Below, piece after piece: positions 28,220 through 39,769 of a stretch of 64,000 bases of DNA. The notes beneath the pieces were generated by a model. It ran no database searches. It saw nothing but the letters and a program-made list of their open reading frames with translations, and was not told where the DNA came from. Position 1 is the stretch's first letter. Each line of letters begins with the position of its first letter. This DNA comes from Eledone cirrhosa. Lineage: Eukaryota. Made by a program: the position numbers and the translations under genes. The DNA is taken from the NCBI GenBank assembly GCA_964016885.1, contig OZ024740.1:166904001-166968000 (forward strand), written 5' to 3'.

Positions 28220-30161
28220 TTACTTACCTTCCGGGTTCTTGTGAAGGTCGGGTTGTTCGACCTCCATAGTTGGTGGGGTTTCTTTTGGAAACCCCTTTAA
28301 AAGTCTTGAAGTGGGTTTTACGTTCGGGGTTCCCACGTCCCGAGGAAAGCCGTCTCGTATTTCTTTGTATAAATCGAGCGACATTCGCACCAGAACCAAA
28401 TCCTCCGGTACGCGAAATGTGCTCGATTTAAAAATTTCCCTCTTTTTTGGGGCATCAGTTCCTTGTTGGCCCTCCTGACGAACACGAAGTTTTGTATGTT
28501 TTGTTGGTGTGATTTTATTTGTTTGCGATGGTTTTGGTGGTGTTGTTTCGGTTGTGTCTCTGTTTGTTGTGAGTGCGGTGTCTGTGGTTTCAGATGTTTG
28601 TGAGTATATTTGTTCTTGCGTCTGTTTAGGTTGTTTGCGTTTGGGGGATTCCGGTGATGGTGATGGTGGTGTTGATGTTGGTGTTATTGGAGAGATGTTT
28701 GCGTGGGTGGTGTCTGCGTTTTTTTTTTGTGGGTGATTTTATCCTTCGTTGTGTTTTGTTTTTTTTGTGTGTTTCCTTTTTTGTATTTTGGGGGATTTGG
28801 GTTTTCCCTCATCTTCACTACTGGTAGAAGAGGGGTCTGTGTCTGGAAGTGTGTCTGTGCGTATGTTTAGGGTTTTATTGGTGTGTGTATTGTTGGGGGG
28901 AGGGGGAATTTGACAGCTTTCCTCGTTTCCCCCCTGGGTGGTCAATGTTTGTGGTGGTCTTTCTCTTGGTGTTGTTGTTGGTGATTTTGCGGTGCTGGTG
29001 TTGGTTGTGGTCCTCGCGCCGGCTTCGGCAGCAGTGGAGCCTTTCGACCCCTTGCCGCTTTCAGCAGTTGAGGGCAGAAGGCTCGCAAATGGGTTTTTTC
29101 CCCACAAACAAAACACTGCTACCTTTTGCCTTCGGCCATAAGGTGAATCACCTTCCCATTCTGAAGGCGGATGTAGTCCAGACTGTCTTCACCTTCTCGA
29201 GCCTGATCTGGAGAAGGATATCCAGGTCAACCCCGGACCAGTCCTCTCTGGCCGTTTTGGTCACTTCTATAGGGACGGTATCCGTCCCCGCCACAATCAC
29301 ACATCCCAGAAGCCACCACGTCAAGTCCTGGTGGGATTCTGGTAATGCGGAGATGAGCCGTTCTTTTTCCCATGGGGGAGGGGTACATTATGACCTTGCT
29401 GGTTTTGCAAGGACTCATAGCGTGTTTCATAGCGAGGGCTTCTGACTTGAACAACACCGAAATGGTGCCGTACTGTCTGCCCCTCTCTATGTATTCGGTG
29501 TCTTCTCTGATGCACCTCAGCGCGACTTCGACATCTGCTTGTGGGATTAAAGCTGCCCTTTTGGTTTGTGCTGAGATGCATCTATAATGCACCGTTCTGC
29601 GCTCCACTGCCTCAATAGCTTCTACCGAGACAGTTAAGTTGGCCCAGGTTTGCTCCTGCTTGATGAGCTCCCATGCCTGGGCCAACTTTTCATCTTTGTT
29701 TGAGAGGTCCATGTTGAAGCATGGCCTCTTTTTTGCTGCTGCTGCCGCGAAAGTGTTCTTCTTGTTTTCGTTGGGGGTGCTGTGGTCGCTGTCGTTGTTC
29801 TTGTTTGTGTTGGTGTTAGCACTGTCGCTGTTATCATTGTTGTTTTTGTTGCCACCGTTGTTCTCGGTGCAGTTGGTATTGTTGCTGTTGGTGTTGTCGC
29901 TATTTGTTTTCATGTTAGTGGTGTTGATATTGTTGTTGCATTTGTTATTTTTTTGTTGATATCTGTATTTTCGTTGTCGCTGTTACTGTCATTATTTTCA
30001 AAATTAGAGTTCTCATTGGTATCATTGGTGTCTTTGTTTACATTGTTTGTGGTAGTGTTTGTGTTATCAATTTTTGTTAATTTCGCTGTAGCGCTCCTCT
30101 CAACTTCTACGTCGTTGTCGCACGATAGCAGACATATCGCTGAGGGGCGTGGCTCAACCAT
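28220..30161 (-). pseudogene. Family A ORF1: Gag-like protein with CCHC knuckle; disrupted
   Basis: MVEPRP start, Asn/Thr-rich N-terminus, TFAAAAAKKR, knuckle CFVCGEKTHLRAFC (also in the + strand piece 17628-18230), ends ...EGK*. Confidence 0.75.
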
Positions 30162-31469
30162 GTTTTTTTTTTCTCCGTAAATTTTTTAAAATGTAAAAAA
30201 AGTTCAAATATTTGGGTCAAAAGGCCCAAATATTATACTTTCCCCTTCTCAGGGCAAAGTCTAAGGGCTTATATCCCTTACACAACAAGAAATATTTAAC
30301 AACAAATAATTTTAACAGGCAAATAAAGCGACGTACTGTGAGCGAGCAAAATACGTCCGATTAGACCAATAATAATAAGCAGAAGAAGAAGAACAACAAC
30401 AATGACAAAAACAAAAACAACAACAACAACATAAGCAACTGTGAGAATTGTTAACTATAGTATTCACTATCATATTAATTTTTAGAATTTTAAAGTAAGC
30501 AACGTTTAATCCCTGTTTTATGTTATGTTTCATTAATCGTATTTTTTATCATCTATTCCTTTTAGTCTCCCCTTTTTTCTATTTTATATTATCGTACAGA
30601 GTTCAGATTGTAAGGTTTGACTTCATCTGATGTTTTCCACAAAAGAAATGACACTTATAATTTGTAAAGTTAGTTTGAAATGTCACAACCTATTACAGTT
30701 TATCTCATGCTAGAAAATGAGACAATACAAGTACAGATTTGGAAGACAGAAAAGGAAATTGGAGGTAGACAGGGAGAATTGGGGAAATAATACACACACA
30801 ACCACACAGAAAAAAAATACAATAACAGTAAAATATAATTAATGGTAAAATGTGTGTAAAAGACAATGATAAAAAAAATGAAAGCAGACTGTGATTAACA
30901 AATTAAATAATGAAATAAACAAAATTAATATAAAGATATTCAGGAAATGAAAAAAGTAAACTAGATTTTTCTTTTCATATATTAGTTATATTAGGAGGAG
31001 TGGCAATTAAGAACGGAAGGACGATGTGAAAATTAAAGGAAACAAAAAGATATGTATATATAAATAAGATAATAAATAAATAGAAGCGAAAAGTTTTAAA
31101 AACGACAAATACAAATAAAGTAACAAATAAGAAGGAAACACTAGAATAATGTAGGTGGATTGGAAATTGTGATGAGGGGGGAAAACATACAAAGAAAATA
31201 TGTAGGAAAAGAGAAACGAATGTGAGTATTAGAAAATGAGATAAGGAAAAGTGATAAAGTTATAGAAAATTAAGAAAAAATAATGTTTTAAATAGTAGTA
31301 AAAAAATGAGTTTTAGGAAAATAACTGAAGATAAGAATAATAAACAAAGCTGTAATTTCATCAACATCATTGTAATTGTAATGATAATCATGACCAATTT
31401 CATCGCCATCATCAACATCATCATAATCATCATTACCGGCAGCAGTGCTATCATGAAGGTAAACAATAA

Positions 31470-31648
31470 TAATTGTTTCTACTTTGGGCGCAAGGCCAGC
31501 AATTACCGAGTGATTTACTGGTGCTTTGTTTTATCGACCGCGTAATAATGAAAGGCAAATTTAAGCTCGGCGGGATTTGAACTCAGAACATAAAGGGCCA
31601 TAACTCTTTGCTGCAAAGCATGGTGTCTGACGCTGTAGTGATACTGCC
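31470..31648 (-). mobile_element. tRNA-derived SINE
   Basis: Diverged copy of the family; TSD acaataataat. Confidence 0.85.
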
Positions 31649-32469
31649 ACAATAATAATATGGTCAGTTCGGTTCCATGATATGTAATCTATCTATAGAA
31701 TCAATTATTCTTGTCATTCAGCATTTAACTCCTCCTTCACAATGTATCAGTTTGTTTGTCTCCATCCCCTCTCTTCCCCTATCTTGCTCTCATATAGTTT
31801 CTTTCTATGATATTAAATTTATAGTGTTACTTGCTCTTATCCTTTGGTTCCTTTAGCTTTAATAATCTTCATATTTACTTCTAAACTTTTCTGTCTCATT
31901 CATCGTGTTTCAATCTCTCTATCGTAACTCAGCTAACCTTTGTCTGTTTTTACTACTGCACATGCTTGTACATTTTATCTTTATGTGTTTTATTGTGTTT
32001 TATGTCCCTCCTTCCTGGTTAAATGTCCCTTTCGTTCATTTTTTTTTGCTTCCCTTTGTTCATTCTTTCTCTCATGTTTTATTTTTAAATACTCTCCGAC
32101 ATTTCTCACTCCCTCACACTCAACCCCTCCTTCTTTCATTCTCTCTTTCACACACACACGCACTCTCTCTCTCTATATATATACACACACACATACACAC
32201 ACATGTATATATATATATATATATATATATATGTCGCTCCTCTTGTATATCCACTCCATTTATTTTTAATTCCCAACGATTGAACCCTCTCATTCGTACA
32301 CCCTGTGCAACAATACTTGATACTTCCTACATGCACTTATCTTTTATAAAAAACTATCTCTAACCCATGCATCTTTTATCTACACACGCACACATATTGA
32401 AACTATATTGTTAAATTTATATATATATATATGAGTGTGTGTATGTTTGTGAGTGTGTGCGTGTGTGTT

Positions 32470-32474
32470 TGTGA

Positions 32475-32542
<68 letters not shown>
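32470..32542. repeat. (TG)n microsatellite
   Basis: Direct reading. Confidence 0.95.
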
Positions 32543-32547
<5 letters not shown>

Positions 32548-33572
32548 CACATTTTTTAACAGACTTTTTTATTCTTATCCTCTCTTATACGCTCCACTAT
32601 TCAGCAACTTTCTCTTCTTCACCTTCCATTCCGTTGTTTTGCCGATTACATTTATCTATAGAATATGTTTTCATTATTTATCACTTTTCACTGGCTTCTA
32701 CCTTTATATTTCCTATTCTTTGTTTGTTCTCTATTTTCACTGTCACCTTCTCCTCGACATTTTTTGTAAAAATTGTGTACAAAGTTCCCACTTTTTTATA
32801 AGTTGTTTCCTTCATTATCCCCTCCACGAAATGTAAGCTAGGGAAGAAGACCCAGGCAAATGGGAGTTAAGCAACGGAAAGGATAGCAAAAGAAATAGAC
32901 GATGTTGGTAAAGATACAACGCCAAGATGTATAGAAAAACATCAAAGCAGTAATAATGTTATCAGGAATTAAACTTGAGAACACTTCTAATGATTCCTGT
33001 CATCAATGTCTCACATGACTTCCAAACGGCACAAGTGCAAATAACGCTACAGATAACAATCACCATTACAATCACTACCACAATCGAAAAACAACACTTG
33101 AAAATAACATCGCAATCGAAGGACATCACATGCATACACCACTACAAACAACCAAACATACTCCCACACAACACAGCAAAAATATATCACTACTAACACA
33201 CAAAATCATTAATATGACACAAAACTAACAAACCATACAATCAATACCAACCAAAAGCATTATCTAACACCATGGCATCCACTACCACCTCCACTACTAT
33301 CAGATTTAACCACCAACTACAACACCACAAACAACAACATTACAAAGAAATCAACATTAGAACTATGTTGTCATTGTAACCACTTCGGTCTACATACTAG
33401 CAAACACACCTAATAAGTATATCGAAGCTTAACTGTTATTTACATACAAAATTACTCTAACGGAAACACATGCATACACGCACGCACAACCCACCCCTAT
33501 GATTTATTCCGAATTAAACAGTTTTAGTCCTGTAGAAGCCATTTCTGTATCATATATATATATATATATATA

Positions 33573-33748
33573 TAACGAAGGAAATGTGGTAAGGAACCAG
33601 GTGGACCATAACGCACCAAAGTACTCAATACTTGAGGTAGTAGAGTGGGTAATAGGAACCAGTAAGACCCCGACAGCTGAGCTCAAGCCGTTTCGACGGC
33701 TAGCCGTCGAAACGGCTTGAGCTCAGCTGTCGGGGTCTTACTGGTTCC

Positions 33749-33751
<3 letters not shown>
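33573..33751. mobile_element. Short foldback element with a perfect 100-bp palindrome, probable Penelope-like pseudo-LTR remnant
   Basis: Palindrome 33652-33751; homologous to 13738-13917; (TA)n on both sides. Confidence 0.65.
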
Positions 33752-33769
<18 letters not shown>

Positions 33770-33780
<11 letters not shown>

Positions 33781-35380
33781 TGAGGATGTCTCTCTGTCTG
33801 TCTGTTTGTAAGTTCGAATCCCTAAAACTCGAAAACCACCGAACCGACTGCTTTCAAATTTACAAATGTAATACTTATGTTTTAGGAAGGGTTCTGAGAA
33901 AAAGAAATTTCAAATTTTCTATGTTCTAGGGACCGCATTACCCGATTTAGCGATCTCTCCCTATAATTCTTAGTGTTTCTCTTTTTAGATAGATACATAC
34001 ATATAACGTCGCGCACTTATAATATCTGCCTGTATGTCTGGCTGTCTGCATTACATCACTTCCCTGGGGATGTCTGTCTGTGTGTGTGTGTGCATCTGTG
34101 AGTTTGAATCCCTGGAACCGATTTTTTTCAAACTTTACATGTGTATTACTTATGTTTCAGGGAGTGTTATGCACATAAAAAATTCAACTTTTTTAATCTC
34201 CTAGGGCCCGCATTAGGTGAAAAACTGCGTTTTTAAATATTTTTAGGGGTTTTTTGAGGCGTAACGTCAGAAGGATTTCCTTGAAATTGTAACTATGTAC
34301 TAGCAGTAAAGCCCGGCGTTGCTCGGGGTCGCTCAGTAGCTGTGTTAAAGTTACAATGTTAAGTTTCTTTTTTGGCTTAAAAACTGTAGTGTCTACTGTG
34401 CAGACTTGCATGAGGTGTTTTTGATTAATATTCCCTCAACCAACAATATGCCTTATGAAGTTAAGAAAACATAACGATAACCCGAATGTGATAACAAAAG
34501 AGGATGCTGGGGATAAAAACTGCACTGGTTATTTATTAACAAAGATCGAAAATGTAAACACTGCAACGCAGAGAAAAACATTAGCGTAACGAAATTATCA
34601 GTTATGTCTGTCTGCACGCTTATATCACCTCTCTGCACGTCTGTCTGTCTGCACGCGTATATCACCTCTCTGCACGACTGTCTGCATGCACGACTGTCTG
34701 TCTGCACGCCTAACGAAATTTACAGATACATATATTTTAAATAAACTTATATAATTTTTGCTTTTTTTTACGAAATATTTGCTTGTTTTACGTAGTCTTT
34801 AAATAGACTTGTTTTCAAGTAAAAATATTGTTTTAAAAGGCTTTTAAATGGAAATGAAGCAAAACGGAAGCTTAGTGTTCGAACTGATGACGCTCAATGT
34901 AAACAGAACAAAGGGAAATAACTCGTCACTTACGCTCAAAAATCGATACATTAGATTCGATTTCGTCACATAGGGTGGGTCAATTTGAAATATTTTTTTT
35001 TCCGATGTCTTCGCTATGGCTCAATGTACAAGCATAGCAATTTTGGTGCAATTCCGTCAGAGATTCTAAGAGGAGATGTGTGCCAAAAATCGATAGACAG
35101 ACATACAACCACAGCTTTATATATATAGATTAGTCAGTCTCTTCTTCATAACGTAAGCAATCTAAAATCCAACTTTATTATGGCCTAGGGCCCGCATTAG
35201 GTGAAAACCTGTATTTTTTCTGCTTCATCGAGGAAAATCTTAAAGATTATCCAGCCATCAGAGTATTCGGTTCATTTTCTTTACATTTTGTCCAGACATG
35301 GAGTTTTTCCAGGATTAGGTATGTTGGCGGCCCGCGTTCCAAAATACCTTATCCCGTGCAACGCCGGGTACCACTGCTAG
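33770..35380 (+). mobile_element. Non-autonomous Helitron (outer element)
   Basis: 5' tatataaaactgagg..gtctgtctgt; 3' hairpin cccgtgcaacgccggg followed by CTAG then T; exact 5' end obscured by (TA)n. Confidence 0.75.
34300..35129 (-). mobile_element. Non-autonomous Helitron nested in the previous one
   Basis: Minus strand starts TCTATATATATAAAGCTG, ends CCCGAGCAACGCCGGG..CTAG; inserted between A and T with no TSD; internal (CTGT)-rich repeats. Confidence 0.85.
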
Positions 35381-35994
35381 TATATATATGAAGTCACAGG
35401 AGGAGTATTGCCTTGATTTCATTAATATAGTCGCAATTTTCCTCGCATCTACTCTCCCAACTCAATGCAGAAAATATCAAAAGCGGATCTAATGGCTTCA
35501 CCACAGTGTCATGAAAATGTATTTGCAACAGGATTTGAGACTTCTCAAGAAGACCGAAACTCATATGTGAACAGCTCATGAACAGCTCATAAAGAAGTTC
35601 GTGAATTATTTTGAGGACATTTAAAACTTCTTGAATTCTGGAAAACCAGGGATAGAAAATCTTGTTTGTCGCTGGGTTCCTGTCTTGTGCATGCCATCCT
35701 GCAATATTGCTCAGGGTTATGTGGCGATATATACATGACGCGCTATGTAAATTAAAGCGCTATTGCGGTGTCAGTTTAATTTGCTAATCGGTATTGTTGT
35801 GCACATATTCACTAACCTTTTACGACTTGAATTCAGTTGACTCTAGTTTCCGTGACACAAACAAAAGAAACCATACAGTAGAGGTATCGACAATTATCAG
35901 CAAATAGTATTGAGCTAGAAAGCGGTGTGCTGCCACAGATTTGCAGGTGGCAGAATAACGTTTGAGGTAGAGGGCTCTTAATGTTATGGTGTTG

Positions 35995-36407
35995 AAACAG
36001 TAATAAAGGAACTTGAGCAGGAACATACTTATAAATACTTACGGCCTAATGAAGGCTCTGGCATTCAGCACGCAAGTATGAAAGAAAAGATAAGGAATGG
36101 ATGTTACAGGAGAGTACGTGCAGTTCTGAACTCAGAACAAAATGCATATAACAAGGTGTTAGCCATAACATTATTGGCAGTTCCTGTTGTCAATTATAGC
36201 TTCGGTGTGTTCAACCGGCATATAGGTGAAATTAAAAGAATCTACTCGAAAATACTAACTTGTAATAAGATGCACAACCCGAAGGCAGATGTGGATCTTC
36301 TTTACCTTCCCATACCTCAAGGAGGCTTTGGCGGGATCCAATTTGAACTTACATTTAAGACCACCACAATTGGACAGGTCAAATACCTTGCCAAAACAAC
36401 TGACTGA
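35995..36407 (+). mobile_element. Internal fragment of an R4/Dong-like LINE (RT thumb region)
   Basis: YKYL, RRVRAVLNSE.NA.NKV.AI..LAVPVVNYSFG, HNPKADVDLLYLP..QGG.G. Confidence 0.75.
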
Positions 36408-36779
36408 ATACGTAAAAGCATTCGTAAGTGAATAATAATAATGACAGTAGTAATATTAGTAGTAATCGTAGTGCCGGTTGTGGTGGGTTGGTTGTGCTGG
36501 TGGTGTTAGTAGTAGTAGTAGTAGTAGTAGTAGCTGTTGTTGTTGTTGTTGTTATGGTGGTGATAGTGATGGTAGTAGGAGTTGTTAGCGCTTTCGTACT
36601 ATAGTAATTATTGATGATGTTGCTTGCGATGACGCTGTGATATAGCATACTAACGTCATCAGCTTATCATGCTTGCAATGGCTTCCCTTTCTGTTCTCCG
36701 TGTCAATCAATTCCTTTACTATCTCGTGAAATTGAATATCATACAAAGAAGAAATACCAGGCTTTAACAACACACATTC

Positions 36780-36808
36780 TCTTTCTCTCTCTCTCTCTCT
36801 CACTCACA

Positions 36809-36863
<55 letters not shown>

Positions 36864-36918
36864 ACACACACACACACAGACACACACACACACACACAGA
36901 CACACACACACACACACA

Positions 36919-36960
<42 letters not shown>
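36780..36960. repeat. (CT)n(CA)n compound microsatellite
   Basis: Direct reading. Confidence 0.95.
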
Positions 36961-36966
<6 letters not shown>

Positions 36967-38497
36967 AATATGCCCACGTCTGCCCATACATACAATCACG
37001 CATACATACAATCACACACACACATATGGAGATACATGCACATACATAATGACACACATGTATAAATAGATATAGCATGTGTGTGTGCGTGTGTGAGTGT
37101 AAAGCCTTGTATATAGAAATAAGCAGGCATGACTGTTTTGCAGCCAGGCAATTCATTTTGCATACACTTAGCTCAGTGTTCGATCCCATATGGAGGTATC
37201 TTGGAATAGTTTTTTTTTCATATATTCCGTTTAAGCAGGATATTTTTGTTAGTAAGCATCTGTGCATGTATGTATGTATGCCTGTATGTATGTACGTAAG
37301 TGTGTATGTATTTCAGGTCCTTCTTTAGCTATACTGGTAATATGTAACCAAGTACAATCTGTGCATGTTCAAGTAATCGGGGGCTAAATCGGCAACCCCA
37401 ACAACTTTGCTTGGTGAGGAGGGTGATTTGGGATACCCTAAGGAATGACAAAACTCGTCAAAGTGCGGAGTAACTCAGGAGAGCCAACGGTCATCCAATA
37501 AAGTTTTCTTTTGGAGCGAGAGACTCCGATTCTTCATTATGACATTTATCCGGGAGAATGTTACTCTGATATATAAACCTGCGACTACGTTTGCATCCAA
37601 TCATGTAGACCAGTTTTACTTTTTAGGTAAAAGCCTTCGATTTTCAGTGAGTTGGCCCCGTGCAAAGACTTTCCTTACTCAAAAAATCTCTAAATGCAGG
37701 CAACTCCTGAAATGTGACATTAGCTTTTTGTGATGCATAGAATTGCTGGCCATAGGCAAGTTACTAGCAGGACTAAAAACCCACGTCCGTGCTGTACATG
37801 CTTTAGTACTAAGCAATGGAATTATTCGAAATCGTGTGGTAGCCATCATCGCAGTATGTATGAATGTATGTATATGGACCTCTATTTAGGTATGTATATA
37901 TCTGTGAATTTATACATGCATTAACGTATGTTTGTATGTATGTTCTCTCTTTCTGTTAATTTTGAGTTCATTTTTGACTGGCTACCTTCCCAGTGACAAG
38001 GTTGTCAACGAAAATAAATAGGCGTCGTCTCTTCTGTAAGCGTTCATCCTCTGAATCGTTTTAAAACATTTTTAAGGTTCCAGACACCGCGATCATGTGT
38101 AGCTTTTGAATTAAAGAACTACGTTCTTTCTCCATAATTCCAGGTTCAGTTATACCTTGGTCTACGTGAACTGTTATATAAACTTTATGGTCAATAATAA
38201 TGAGAATGAAGCTGGTCATGAATCTTGGATATTGGATCGACAGACTCTTGCCTTTTCTTACGTCATTGACATCATGCAGGAAGCTGATGTCTACAACAGA
38301 GCATTATTTTAATGTGCGGACCAAAACAATAGGACCAAGTCGTAAATTAATTTGGTGGCAGTCTTTATATTTAGGTTACAACAATTTTCCTTTGAGCCAT
38401 CGGTCGCAACACAATCTTCTCGATAAGATTTCATTTTCTTTTCCCGTAATGCAATCCAGATCGTTGTGACGAGAAGACATTATTATACAGTTAGTAA

Positions 38498-38690
38498 GGG
38501 CGGTGGATTGGCAGTATCGGTAGAGGGTCGGACGTCATGCTTTGACTCATAGAGTTACGGCCCTTTCCATTCTGAGTTCAAATCCCACCGAGGTCAACTT
38601 TGCCTTTCATCCTTACGGGGTCGATAAAATAAAGTACCAGTAATGTACTTGGTAATTGCTGGCCTTGTGCCATAAGTAGAAACAATTATT
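38498..38690 (+). mobile_element. tRNA-derived SINE, full length
   Basis: Starts GGGCGGTGGATTGGCAG; TSD attatt(a/t)tacagttagtaa. Confidence 0.92.
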
Positions 38691-39093
38691 TTACAGTTAG
38701 TAATTATGAGGTTGACATGTTCAATCTTTGTTTTGCACAGCCCACATTTATTGTCAACGGCTGAACTCCATTGATTGTGAAGTATGTACTAGGTGGGATG
38801 TTTTTTCTCTAGATTCCATTGAGACCGCCTTCAAGGTGAAATATTATGAACTCAGTCGGAACTTCGTTACAGGCTTTTAGCATAGTTTATCACCTCAATG
38901 GTGATACATAGGTTTTTTGCCTCAAGTACTCACGTAGAGCCCTCTCGGTGAATTGTTGCATTTTGTAAATTTGATTCTAGCATTTAGTAGAATCTCCCAA
39001 TGTCCCTGGGAGAGAGATTTATATCAGTTTTTATTTCATGTTTCTTTCTAGATCAGACGATGCCCTACCTAACATCATTATTATTTTCATGCA

Positions 39094-39275
39094 TTGGCAG
39101 TGTCGGTAGAGGGTCGGACGCCATGCTTTGACGTATATAGTTACAGCCTTTGCCATTCTGAGTTCAAATCCCGCCGAGGTTAACTTTGCCTTACATCCTT
39201 ACGGGGTCGATAAAATAAAGTACCAGTAATGTACTGGGTTATTACTGGCCTTGAGCCAACAGTAGACACAATTAT
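39094..39275 (+). mobile_element. tRNA-derived SINE, slightly 5'-truncated
   Basis: 17-bp TSD attattattttcatgca (39077-39093 / 39271-39287). Confidence 0.92.
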
Positions 39276-39769
39276 TATTTTCATGCACATAATCTTTGCC
39301 GAGATGACTGCAGACCTTTATCTATTATTGAAGGTGTTGCTACTGTACTATTATCCGTGTCGCGTAATATGTTAATATGGATTGTATACTCCAGCCACTG
39401 TCCTTGCGTGTGAAATATAGCTTATCGATATCACCATTGATGTTAACGATTCCAATAAATCAAAGTAACTTGCGATGCCTTACATTCATCTAGCTCAGGT
39501 CTTTCAATGTCTAGTTCAATGGGTAAAATGTTGGCGTTATATGGGAAGAGCAAAAGTGTTATGGCAATGTGATTGTTGTAATCTGAGATTTATGATGATC
39601 ATAATATCTTTACACTCACGATTAGACTCCATAAAATTTGACCTTTCAGATTCATATTTACATCCTGTCTAAAATTTGACAATCAGGTGATTTCTTTTTT
39701 GTATCTGGTTGATATTTAGACCATACAATTTCATGTCATCGACAATGAAAATATGAAATATATTTCTGG

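Larger units (their letters stand above)
24516..30367 (-). mobile_element. Tx1/L1-clade LINE family A, full length but decayed
   Basis: 5'UTR, ORF1, ORF2, 3'UTR; (AAT)n on both sides. Confidence 0.92.

Noticed and set aside
30230-30367. HDV-like ribozyme in the Tx1 5'UTR
   Set aside because: Only simple hairpins seen; could not fit the nested double pseudoknot
36739-37267. ORFs with CV, YI, RE or poly-K/E runs (also at 6.9, 32, 40.7, 47, 55.6, 59 and 62 kb)
   Set aside because: Translations of microsatellites
38498-38590. tRNA gene
   Set aside because: A and B boxes belong to the SINE head, which continues into the core and tail and has a TSD
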